Below are positions 27,045 to 39,297 of a DNA stretch of 64,000 bases, in pieces. Made by a program: the position numbers and the translations under genes. The notes beneath the pieces are model-generated. The model searched no databases. It saw only the letters and a list, made by a program, of their open reading frames with translations, and was not told where the DNA came from. Source of the DNA: Octopus sinensis (Eukaryota); NCBI RefSeq assembly GCF_006345805.1, contig NC_043006.1:64604001-64668000 (forward strand), written 5' to 3'. Each line of letters opens with the position of its first letter. Position 1 is the first letter of the stretch.

Positions 27045-27872
27045 TCTTATTTCTTTATTGCCCACGAGGAGCTAAACATAGAGGGGACAAACAAGGACAG
27101 ACAAAGGGATTAAGTCGATTACATCGATCCCAGTGCGTAACTGGTACTTAATTTATCGACCCCGAAAGGATGAAAGGCAAAGTCGACCTCGGCGGAATTT
27201 GAACTCAGAAAGTAACAGTAGGCGAAATACCGCTAAGCACTTCGCCCGTCGTGCTAACGTTTCTGCCAGCTCACCCTGAAACATAGAGGAGACAAACAAG
27301 GACAGACAAAGGGATTAAGTCGATTACATCGACCCCAGTGCGTAACTGGTACTTTAATTTATCGACCCCGAAAGGATGAAAGGCAAAGTCGACCTCGGCG
27401 GAATTTGAACTCAGAAAGTAACAGTAGGCGAAATACCTATTTCTTTACTACCCACAAGGGGCCAAACACAGAGGGAACAAACAAGGACAGACACACGGAT
27501 TAAGTCGATTATATCGACCCCAGTGCGTAACTGGTACTTAATTTATCGACCCCGAAAGGATGAAAGGCAAAGTCGACCTCGGCGGAATTTGAACTCAGAA
27601 AGTAACAGTAGGCGAAATACCGCTAAGCACTTCGCCCGTCGTGCTAACGTTTCTGCCAGCTCACCCTGAAACATAGAGGAGACAAACAAGGACAGACAAA
27701 GGGATTAAGTCGATTACATCGACCCCAGTGCGTAACTGGTACTTATTTAATCGACCCCGAAAGGATGAAAGGCAAAGTTGACCTCGGCGGAATTTGAACT
27801 CAGAACGTAGCGGCAGACGAAATACCGCTAAGTATTTCGCCCGGCGTGCTAACGGTTCTGCCACTCTCGCCC
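27045..27872 (-). repeat. Tandem array of four group B SINE units with an internal duplication of about 390 bp
   Basis: Junction GCCAGCTCACCCTGAAACATAGAGGAGAC occurs at 27265 and 27655. Three units share the variant CAGAAAGTAACAGTAGGCG. Confidence 0.9.
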
Positions 27873-28069
27873 TGAACAAACGTTTTCTATTATAGCCCCG
27901 GACCTGCCAACGTTTTGAGATACAACCCCAAAGATCAGCCACAGTTCTCAGCTGCTCAAAATGCACTCTGACAATCGCTGGTGTTTACATCACTGTGCTG
28001 CGAACTTGAGTTTATTCTATTCGAATTTCCAAACTCATACCAATCAACATGGGACCAGTGAATAGACAA

Positions 28070-28230
28070 AAATATGAAACCGCCTGATTCTAATAAACAA
28101 TGCAGACAAGTGTATTCTCTGCAGGAAAAGTTAGAGATGATCAAGAAAATACCTAACCGTGGAAGTTTATGGAACGCGAGTTTGGTGCCAATAAATCTAC
28201 CATTTGTTCCATTTATAAAGTGCATGGCAA
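28070..28230 (+). mobile_element. Tigger/pogo transposase N-terminal HTH remnant
   Basis: RQVYSLQEKLEMIKK, then in another frame EREFGANKSTICSIYK (CENP-B/psq-type HTH). Confidence 0.7.
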
Positions 28231-29298
28231 TGGTTCGTTCAGTACCGATGCGTTTATGCTCCTTTTTTTAAAAAATCTAACTTACGCGACGAATTTCCAT
28301 AGATGTATTTCCACTTTCTGTTTGTATTTACAAGTCGTAAAGAAAGGAATCCACATTAAACGCAATTATGTAAAAAAAAAAAAAAAAAAAAAAAAGAAAG
28401 AAAGAAAAGAAAAGAAAAGAAAAAAGAGAAAACCTGCTTTCTGAGATTTATGTCAATCAATCGTTGACGTGCATTTTAGCAATCTTCACTATCTTTTTAT
28501 CACGATTCATACGCTGTAAAAATCTTGCTTTTTTGTCTGATAGTCAATGGAAGGTACCTTTGTGTTTACACAATTGTTATAGTAAGAAAAACAAACTTGA
28601 TGACTCGTAACAAACATACATTCACAGAACTAAGTCGGAGAGTGAATGACGACACCATTGATGTTTACTGCCCTTTCAAATCCTTTGGCGTATATCACTC
28701 ATTTTTATGAGTTAAAATTATTTTGACACAGTTTAAAGTGACAGACTGAAACAAAATCTAGTAAACCGACCCGACTGACCGTCTAACTATCACGTGGTGC
28801 TTTTGGTGACTGTCAACAACAGACAGGATCTTTGTACCAGTGGCGACAACACTCCTTTGAGGCAACTTTTCTTTATAGACATGTTGCTCTTTAATAATTC
28901 AAATTCGTTTTTGATTACTGTTAACAAAATATGAAATAGACGCAGGAGTGGCTGCATGCACTGTTAAAAAGCTCGTTTTGCAACGACGTGATTTCGGGTT
29001 CAGTCCCGCTATATGGCACCTTGGGAAGATGTCTTCTACTATAGCCCCGTGGAAGCCTGTTCAATATGTGTGTGTGTGTGTTTCTGTTGTGACGTCTTTC
29101 TGTTTGACAACCGATGTTGGTTTGTTTACGTCCCATAACTTAGCAAAAGAGACGGATAAAATAAGAGTAAGTACCAGACTTTAAAAAATCTACCAAAGTA
29201 GATTTGTTTGACTAAACCCTTCAAAGTAAGGCTCCATCATAGCCGCAATCCAAATGACTGAAACAAGTAAAAGATCAAAGATGATAGTAACAGTAATA

Positions 29299-29347
<49 letters not shown>

Positions 29348-29393
29348 GTAATTGTTATTGTTGTTGTTGTTGTTGTTGTTGTTGCACATATCG

Positions 29394-29577
29394 TCAGCCA
29401 CTAGGGGACATGCTCAACTGGTTAAGGTCAAACAACTGACAAGCAAATCTGTGGTATTGAGCAGAATATTTGCTGTAGCCCATCTTTTATACCAAGACAA
29501 AACAATGTACATGATAACACTTCCAATCAGTTAAGATCAGAAGCCATGAGAGCCACTGTCTGGTACTGCATCAGGGC

Positions 29578-29580
<3 letters not shown>
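29394..29580 (+). mobile_element. Short insertion between (GTT)/(ATT) tracts, probably a retroelement 3' end
   Basis: Unique sequence with a sharp end GCATCAGGGC followed by (ATT)n. Confidence 0.4.
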
Positions 29581-29608
<28 letters not shown>

Positions 29609-30134
29609 TCACGTTTGGGCTACCCGATAACCGAGATTTGATAGGAAGCAGGCCCAAAATTCAGGCAAGGCCTACCATTTTAGGTTGTATCTTGAGAGGG
29701 TCAGTATGCCAAAAATAACACACGCACTGGTTCTATTTCACTTCGTTATTTGTCAATCGGTTAACAATTTAGATAATTGATTGTTTGACCAATCGTTCGG
29801 TCAATCAATCAATCAGCTAGGTCTCTCATAGTCCTATCATCACCATTCGTGACCTCATCAATAAAGTGCCTTCTCTACGTTTCATTGAATAATAAGTCTA
29901 ACGTTTCTGGTAAAACTCACCATATTAATTTATTTCATGAAGGTTCACCTTTGAATTCTTTCAGTCATTGGAATGTGGCCATGCTGGAGCACCACCTTTA
30001 AGGTCAAAGAGTGATACATATTCTACCGGCTTCTAATGCGGACCCGCTAAGTTAAGGGATATAAACAAGCCAACACCGGTTGTCAAGCATCAGTGGGAGA
30101 CAAACACAAACACGCACACACGCATACATAATAC

Positions 30135-30205
<71 letters not shown>

Positions 30206-30454
30206 GTGCATCCGTTTAGTTTGTTTGGGGCAAAAGCCTCATAATCCACTCTTAGAAGCTCTTATGCTTCTCGTTGTCGGTTACCACCTGTTAGTCTCAT
30301 CTCCCAGTGCAATCCGATGGAAAGGTTATACAGCTCAGGAAAGGTTTCATTTACTGTTCAATTACAAGTTAATAATTATCGCAGCAGTTGCAAGATTGCA
30401 AGGTATTTACAGTTACATATTTACCCATAAATTAACATTTAATACATGTGCTTA

Positions 30455-30486
<32 letters not shown>

Positions 30487-30836
30487 GAAGAAATTTATCT
30501 ATAATATTTATTGTGGCACTTACCGTTAAATTAGCAATTCATACATGTACTTCTATTTGGTTAATTTATATTGCATACAAAAATAAAAACAATTGCAGCG
30601 TGGAAGGTGTTTGTAAGCCATTTAAGAAACACACAAAAGCCGTTCGATTCACTTCAACATTTAAGTTTAATTTGTCAAAATATTTTCGTCGCTAAAATCC
30701 GCGACCTGTTCACTGACAAAAATCCGTGCTGCATCTCGGATTTTTGTCAAATTAAACTTAAATTTTGAAGTGAATCGAACGGCTTTTGTGTGTTTCTTAA
30801 ATGGCTTACAAACACCTTCCACGATGCAATTGTTTT
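30487..30836 (-). mobile_element. (TA)n-terminated fold-back element carrying a hammerhead
   Basis: 30586-30677 pairs with 30743-30836. Hammerhead at 30671-30720. Confidence 0.8.
30671..30720 (-). ncRNA. Minimal type I hammerhead with G3-C8 swapped core (GUGAACA)
   Basis: TTTGTCA-GTGAACA-G-GTCGC(GGATTTTA)GCGAC-GAAA-ATAT-TT-TGACAAA. Palindromic AATATT replaces stem III. Confidence 0.7.
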
Positions 30837-30883
30837 CGTTCCAGCACACGATCTCAGATCAAATCACTTGCTATGCGAGTACA

Positions 30884-32048
30884 TCTCTGTAAAAAATAAA
30901 AACATACTACATATCTACAACTGCTTACAAAAATAGAGATTACTGTATAATTTCATTCTTTGTTCATAATTTTTTGTTTACAATATTGAAAAAAATATGC
31001 CACCAAAGAAAAGTCGTAATCTCTCCAGAAACAAGTATAAAGCAAAAAGGATTGTAGAAAACCGAAGGCGAGAGTCTGAAGAGAGAAGCAAGATAAGGTT
31101 TTCTCAAGATCAGCAAAGGCATGCTGCAGCACGTCAGACAGAGTCTCAAGAGAGAAGAGAGATGAGACTTTCCCAAGATCAGAAAATGCATGCTGCAGCA
31201 CTTAATGCTGGATCATTAAATCGATGTTTTAATGATTGTACAGAGGTCCAATAGAATAGCTGTCTGAAAAACAGACTGCGTACAATTTCGTTCTTCACAA
31301 CGCCTGAAGCTGTTTTCAGATATGATCCATCCCATTCTGATAAAAATGATAACGCTGTCCAAATTGGTGTGCTAAACACAAATTATCGTTTCTGCAGAGG
31401 TTTAAAATTTTCAAATGGAACAAATGATATGTGCTGCTTAGGCGGAAAGGTAACATTGCCAGCACTACCAGCTTCTTCTCAACCTCTTCTAGAAGGCACT
31501 TCCATCAGTCAAAGGATTTTCTTAACAATATCAGACAATACAACTCTGCATTTCAAATGGCATCGTTCACTGCATCTAAGAAGATAGTAAAACATAAATG
31601 TCAAAGTTCAAAGGCAAGGGATGAAATGCACTAAACGATGTCATTGGTTCCCTGTTATCCACAAATGAACAACCACAGTTCCTCCAAATTAACTTTATGA
31701 GTGATGTAGGACAACAAACCCGAAGGTGTCAAAATTTCAGATGATGGGTCGTGTTAGACACAGCGCCGACTGCTGCAAAAGAGAGTATATCCACTGACAG
31801 CTTTTCGGTGCTTTAAAAAATCACATACCCCCCCCCCCCCCCCCGCAATTTTCCATGACAGGTTAAGGCTTGAAATATTTCAAACGGACGTATAGCATAT
31901 TGCTTAGTCGAATTAGCCCATCATTTACTCCACAAATGTTTTGTTGTCAAAGCTGCACTTTCCCATATTACCTGTTTCAACATAATTGTAATATATTATA
32001 TACAAAGTATGGTATTTTAATCCCGAGCAACGCCGGGTATCTCTGCCA

Positions 32049-32049
<1 letters not shown>
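30884..32049 (+). mobile_element. Internally deleted Helitron (Rep-helicase N-terminal remnant plus 3' hairpin)
   Basis: Reads QIGVLN..RFCRGLKF...MCCLGGKVTLP, FLNNIRQYNSAFQMASF and IGSLLS..QPQFLQI. The 3' hairpin CCCGAGCAACGCCGGG is followed by CCAG/T (mutated CTAG). The 5' boundary is tentative. Confidence 0.85.
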
Positions 32050-32138
<89 letters not shown>

Positions 32139-33861
32139 ATATTATATATATATATATCTGCTGCAATTTTTGCAACTTGTAATAAAGCCTGTCTTTGTAT
32201 GAAACAATTGTACTAAAAACTAATCCATTCTTGTTGCTTCTTTCTCGTATATATATATATAATATATATATATATAATTCAGTTAGAGACTATAAAAGGA
32301 TGGTGTCATCCAAGGAAATACTTGTTCAATAACTAGTATTCGGTAGTATATGTGTGTGATTTTGTGGAAATTTGGCAGTTAGTTTTAGCATAGCAAACAG
32401 CTACATTCGTATTCTGTCGTTCGCTGCTTTTGCTGTTGTTATAGCTGTTAAACCCCGTTAATTCTCAAGACGTTGTTGTTTAAGGTCATTGACTTTGATA
32501 TGTACTATTACTGCCTTTTTTCTCGTTTCCTCGTATTCTTTTACAGACCTGTTTAAGGTCGTTGACTTTAGACTCTGTTGCTACTATTGCTGTTTCGCTC
32601 CCAGTCAGCTTTCATCGAAGGCATTTGAGTTGTGACCATCCCATCTTAGTTTTAGATGAAGTGTATCATAATATACCAATGATCATAAATATTCCATCCG
32701 TGACTACTCCTACATTTACCAAGGCACAATGCACTTAGGACTACCTTATCCCATATGTTCTTTCTTTTTTTTTAGTAGGATGTGATTTCATGGACATTTA
32801 CTTACTATTTCTAGCAAGTCAAACGGAAATATAACATTTAAACTGAGGGTAATATTATATAATCTATCACAATGTATGCATATAAATCCCAAATTTTGGG
32901 CATAGGGCCAGCAATTTCGGGGAAGAGGTGTGTCGATGTAATGAACCACAGTGCTCAACTAGTACCCATTTTATCGACCCCGAAAGGATGAAAGGCAATG
33001 TCGACCTCACTGGAATTTGAACTCAGAACGTAAATACGGACGAAATGCCGCTAAGCATTTTTACTCGGAGCGCTAACGATTCTGCCAGTTCGCCGCTTTA
33101 TCATATTGTACACATATAAATATGATATATATGTGAATATGTATAAATAATATGTGCAAATATATGAGTTTGTATTTCTCTGAGTGTGTGTGTGTGTGTG
33201 TGTATAACGGAAGTAGATTCAAAATTCATATCTTCCGCCCCGGATACACAGGTATAGCTAGAATGTGTGCCGCCACCCCATACAGCAGACTCAAAAATGC
33301 CGCCCCCATAAAAGTATCACCCGTGGTGAACGATCACCTCGCTCCTTCTCACGGCTACGTTTCTGCTCGGACACTCATTAAAGAGAACTCCCGGAAAAAA
33401 CGTGCGCACTGGCTGACCACCAAGCAATGGTCACGCGAGCGTGGGCAGCGGGCGCGAGCAGCGAGCTGCTTCCAATAGACGCGCTGCTCTGCTACTGCTT
33501 GCCTCTGACCGCAAGAAGCAAACAAAACTATGATCTGCGCACGTGCTCCGCGACTTGACCTCGCGCGCATCGGCGAAACAGGGTCGAGGGGGTGAAGTAT
33601 GTGCGAGAATTGCATAGACGGGTATTGGGTCACCAAACGTGCTAACAGCATATTTTTAAACGATGGTGGTAGTAGAGTGGACAAACACACACATTAACAT
33701 ATATTATGGGCTTCCACATAGTTTCTGACAACCAAACTCACTCACAAGACGTTGGTCCACCCAGCGTTATAATACAAGGCACGGATCTTATCGCTTTGGC
33801 TGTGAGCATTTCCAAAAATTGAAGTTTACCGAAAATTTAAAAATTTACCACAATAATACAA

Positions 33862-34192
33862 GTCTATCTATCCGCTCAGTCGAAGTCGACTCTCGGTTAC
33901 TCGTTGGATCAGTGTCCTCCAGTCAGTTCTATCCTGGGCCGCTTCCTTCAGATTGGCGATGTCCATTCCGGTATCACTCTTGATGGTGTCAAGCCAGCGG
34001 GTTCTTGGTCGGCCTCTTCCTCTCTTGCCACTGACCATTCCGAGCATCATGTCCTTCCCCAGGGATTTTCTCCGCATAATATGGCCGAAATATGCCAATC
34101 TATGCTTGGTGATCCTAGCTTCTAGCGACATTTTCGGCCTAATCTGCTTAAGAACTTCTCCATTGGTGAGCTTCGCTGTCCATGGAATCCGT
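33862..34192 (-). mobile_element. 5'-truncated RTE (BovB-like) LINE
   Basis: Reads SLEARITKHRLAYFGHIMRRKSLGKDMMLGMVSGKRGRGRPRTRWLDTIK...TESRLRLSG*, with a short (TAGA) tail. Confidence 0.92.
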
Positions 34193-35851
34193 ACTTGCCC
34201 AAATTGAATTGCTGGAGTTATTTCATTTTTTTTTTCCCCATTAAAATGTTTTTAAAAAGTTATAGAGGTTTAAAGTTTGATCATTTTCACCCAGTCACGA
34301 AATAGGATTTGGAAGCTGTCGTTTTGTGCATGACTGCACATTTTGTCGTCAACATCCTGAAAATAGCACTTATTGTCAATATTTGTAAACAACACGTTTT
34401 ATGTCTCCGGTAATTTCCTTTCATGTAAATAAGTATTTATGTTAATTTAAAAGATTTACCCCCCAAATCTTATTTAGCTGTTATTTTTAGCACACAGCAC
34501 AACCACCTCAATGCTCAACGATGAAAAGAAACGAGTAAACAAAGATTTAAGCATTCAATATACATTTAATGCAAATGCGATAAACAACACGTTGCATTTG
34601 ATAAACAAATTACAATTTTTACCAGAAAAATATGGAAGAATTAGATGAAAGTTCTCCGGTAATTTTCTTTCATGTAAATAAATGTGTATGTTAAATAAAA
34701 AATTTGCCAGCAAAATCTTATAAAACGACAATGTTCCAAAAGATGCACATATTTATATGTTATATATGAAAGTAAGAGTGAACAAAATAGGCTTTAAAAA
34801 GAAGCATTTAAGCACTAAGAGACAAACATTTAACTTTCGGTTTTAATTTTTTAAATATCCTCCTTTGTTTTCAATGTTTCCATAATAGAAGCGAAGTTAC
34901 TGGAGCTTGCTGCCATAATCACAAAGAACACAGAACACAAAACACGGCGTCAAATTTGTCAACACGTGCTTCTTCTCAGACAAAAATTTTTTCAAAGACT
35001 GCTCAGATTTGCTTGTTACTATGGCAACAGACACGTTGAGAGACAAAAGAGTTCTCATATTCCGCTTCTTACTCTCGAAGCAGGCATGAATGTGTCTGTG
35101 GCTTACGATTGGTTAAAATTACCAAAATGCTCAATCATTAATAACTCTTTATTTATTGATCTATAACGAAAATTACTTTCACGTCATTAATTAGCCTATA
35201 AAGTGTATAATTACACTGAATATGAAATCAATTCGAACAGAATTGATGCTGGTAGCCAAACTGATAAGATCCGAAGCCACTCGCTCAAAATGCCGCGCAG
35301 GAGGACCGAACCCAAAGCCACGTGGTTCCAAAGCGAGCTTCTTAACCACAGAGCCATGCCTGCGTCTGTATAACGAGCACTTTATTTTAACGACCTCAAA
35401 AGGATGAAATGCAAAGTTGACCTCGGCGGGATTTGAACTAGGAACATAAAGTGTCCAAATAAATACTGCAAAGCATTTGTCGACCTCGGCGGAATTTGAA
35501 CGCAGAACATAAAGGCAGACGAAATACATCGACCCCAGTGCATAACTGGTACTTAATTTATCGACCCCGAAAGGATGAAAGGCAAAGTCGACCTCGGCGG
35601 AATTTGAACTCAGAACGTAATGGCAGACGAAATACCGCAAAGCATTTTGGCCGGCGTCGTAACAATTCTGCCGGGCCCGACGCCTTAATACCACAATTTA
35701 TTTAAATATGCATATCGTCGTATTTAATCTTGCTGTTCGGCATGCATATCATATTAGTTGGCAGATATCAGCACGGATCAGTTTGTTCTTTAAAATTATA
35801 AACAAGACCATCGGATCATGTTAGATTTATTGGTCCGGAGAGTGCCTCAAG

Positions 35852-35886
35852 CTGATAAGACACAACAACGTCGAAACACCGGTGTC
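35852..35886 (+). ncRNA. Degenerate minimal hammerhead-like motif
   Basis: CTGATAA-GAC(ACAACAAC)GTC-GAAA-CACCGGTG-TC. G8A is uncompensated and stem I is not preserved. Confidence 0.45.
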
Positions 35887-36614
35887 CCAAAATCCCCTGA
35901 GTGCATTAAGAACACATATTCGTTGTAAAGAAGAAGCTGTTCTCCTGTGACGAGCACAACAGCGATTGTCATATTAACGTTCGAATCTTCCAGGAAGCAT
36001 AAAGAATATATCAAGAATAAAAATACAAGTTATCGTATTTCTATCTTTTCTTTTCTTTTACTTGTATCAGACGTGAAACCGCGACCATGCTGGGGCACTG
36101 CTTTGAAGAAGTTTAGTCGAACGAATCGACCCAAGTAATTATTTTTTAAAAAGCCCGGTACATATTCTATCGGACTCTTTTGTCGAACCGCTATATTACG
36201 GGAACGTAAACAAACAAACACCGGTTGTCGAGCGGGATGGAAGACAAACACAGACACAAAGCAACACACACACACTACATGGTTGGGAAGCAAGCTTCTT
36301 AACATACAGCCACGACTGCGCTTATATGATATTGTTCAGTTTAAGCATGAATTACTTTAATCTCATCAATACTTTACTGTAACCTATTAACTTCAATGCC
36401 ACTTCACCCCTCCTTTCACTATCATTTCTGTTTCTAAAATCAGGCGCAGGAGTGGCTGTGTAGCTGTCTGCTAAGAAATTCCCTTCCCAATCACATGGTT
36501 CCGGGTTCAGTCCAACTGCACAGCACCTTGGGCAAGAAGTGTTTTCTACGTATAGCATCGGGCCGACAAAAGCTCTATGTGGATTTGTTAGACGGAAGCT
36601 GAAGGAAACCCTTC

Positions 36615-36699
<85 letters not shown>

Positions 36700-36701
<2 letters not shown>

Positions 36702-36905
36702 TTAATCCAAACAAGAAAGCACAAAAAAACACAACAACGCGAGGACGTGGAACAAATATAGTATTATTGGACGCTCAGGTAAGAAGGAAAGAAGGAGGGT
36801 TTAACGTTTCGAGCGGAGCTCTTCGTCGGAGAAATAGGAGAAGGAAAGATCCAGAGAAGGGAAGACAGAGGAAAAACAATCGCCAACGGCACACACGCGG
36901 TCACA
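36700..36905 (-). mobile_element. (TA)n-embedded short element with hammerhead-like fold at 36799-36835
   Basis: Minus strand TTT-CT-CCGACGA-A-GAGC(TCC)GCTC-GAAA-CG-TT-AAAC. U4C core and weak stem I. Same GAGC/GCTC stem II as 11788-11823. Confidence 0.6.
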
Positions 36906-36911
36906 TATATA

Positions 36912-36965
<54 letters not shown>

Positions 36966-37581
36966 CACCACCGCTTAACAACCGGTATTAGTATGTTTAC
37001 GTCCCCATAACTTGACAGTTCAACACAAGAATCCAATCGAATGAGTAACCGGCTTCAAAAAAAGTCAATTCGTTCGAGTAAAATTCTTCAAGACAGTGCC
37101 CCAGCATGGCCAGAGTCTCATGACTGATACAATTAAAAAATAAAAGATAACAGCGAAACAAAAATAATAGAAAACTACTTCAGAGGAGTAAAAACCGCGT
37201 TTCTTTTCCAAAACCATGCTTCTTCTTGTCAACGAAACAGCAGCGTAATAAATTATAGGTTTCTAACGAAGAAAAAGCATTGGTCCACTGTATTTGAGAT
37301 GGCGACAATGAAGTGGGAGTGTCTGAGCAAATCGGGTGGAATAAATACGACAAGGTATTTTCATCCCACGCACAGGTTTAGCAGCAGTTTACTCGCCAAT
37401 GTACACATCTTTCGTCCGTCCAATCATGCGGACGCGCGCGCACACACGTGTGTACTTATATCGGCGCAGGAGTGGCTGTGTGGTAAGAAGCTTGCATCCC
37501 AACCATATAGTTTTGGGTTCAGTTCCAGTGCGTGGCACCTGGGTCAAGATTTGGTAGACGCAAAGTGAAAGAAGACCATCG

Positions 37582-37613
<32 letters not shown>

Positions 37614-38833
37614 ACGTGCCGGAGTCTGTGCCCCCACCATCGCTTGACAACTGAAGCTGGTGTGCTTACGTCCGCGTAACTTAGCGGTTCGGCACAAGAG
37701 ACCAATAGCATAAGTACTAGGCTTACAAAGAATAAGTCCTTGGGTCGATTTGCTCGACTGAAGGTAGTGCTCCAGCATGGCCGCAGCCAAATGATTAAAA
37801 CAAAAGAAAGAATATTCTATTTATTTATCTCTCTATATATATGTATATATGTGTATACATACACACACACACACACACATATATACACTTACCGACGATA
37901 TATATATATATCGTCGGTAAAACTTTAATCCGAAAAAGAAGCATGGTCTAAGTTTTACCGGATTTATATAATACACACACACACACACACACAGGCACAC
38001 ACACATACACACACACAAACACACATACGACGGGCTTCTTTCAGTTTCCATCAACCAAATCCTCTCACAACGTTTTGTTCGGCTCGAAGCTATACCAGAA
38101 GATACTTGCCCAAGGTGCCACGCAGTGGTACTGAACCCAGCACCTTATGGTTAGCAAGCAAACTTCTTACCACTCACAATCTCTCCTTAGGGCATCTTCA
38201 GGAAGGGAAAAGCATTAACCCCACAGCTTCCCATTCCATCTTTCTTTACAAATTAGTATTTAATAATCCGTTATTTCCCGATCGCATCCTTTCTTTACAT
38301 CTTTCGTTTTTTTTTTCTTTTATTCTTGTCTTTTTCTTTCTTCCTTCTCTTTTTCGAGAATCCTTTTCTTTCTTCCCTTCTTCTTTGTTTGTTTCTTTCT
38401 TTGTTTCTCTCTTCTTTCTTTCTTCCATTCTTTGTTTCTCTCTTTTTTCTTTGTTCCTGTTGTCTGTCTCTTCTCTTTCCTTCCTTCTTTTCTTCCTTTG
38501 TCTTTTTTTCTTTCTTTTCTTTCACTGCCTCCTCTTTCTCTTATGGTATTTTCTTTGTCTCCACCCTCACCCTCTTCGTCTCTTTCTCTCTCTCTTTCTC
38601 TCTTTCTCTCTCTCTCCTTCTTCCACACTGCCAACCGGCGATATATATTTTCATTGAGTGAAAGTTATGAATGAAAGTGCAGCAGCAGCACCAACAGCAA
38701 GAGGTAATGGTGTTTTACGTTGGGAGTGGCAGAAGTTATGTATTATTATTTTGTCTGTCTTCAACAGACAAGCAAAGAGAAAGGCTAAGATTTTAAGACA
38801 GGCAGAAAAGTTAAATGTACAGAGAGGAAAGAG

Positions 38834-38896
<63 letters not shown>

Positions 38897-39253
38897 AATA
38901 GACAATAGAGAAAAATTAAACAGATAGGACAAAGAGAGAGAGAGAGCGACATACAGAAAAAAATTGAGTCAAGAGGAGGGAGAGAGAAAGAGAGAGAGAC
39001 AGACAGACAGACAGACCAACCATCTGACAGACCAAAATGCAGACATTGGGACAGATAGACAAAGGGATAGAAATTTACAGAATCAAAAAGACAAGCAGAC
39101 AGACAGATAGACAGACAGACAGTTGAGCCGAAATGGCGGGAGGACGTGCGCAAATTTTTAATGCGAATTGGTAAAGAGAGATGTGATGACGATGATGGTG
39201 GTGGTGGTGGTGATGGCATGATTTTTTTTCTATTCATACACAAAGGAAGGGTG

Positions 39254-39297
<44 letters not shown>

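Noticed and set aside
27045-27872. CRISPR-like repeat array
   Set aside because: Units are whole SINEs with no unique spacers, and the context is eukaryotic.
33553-33592. HDV-like ribozyme (GGCGAAAC followed by a pairing strand)
   Set aside because: No room for P1, P3 and L3. It is a simple hairpin.
38640-39180. Promoter or first exon (unique sequence with a YY1-like AAATGGCG at 39131)
   Set aside because: A single short motif with no linked gene in the window.
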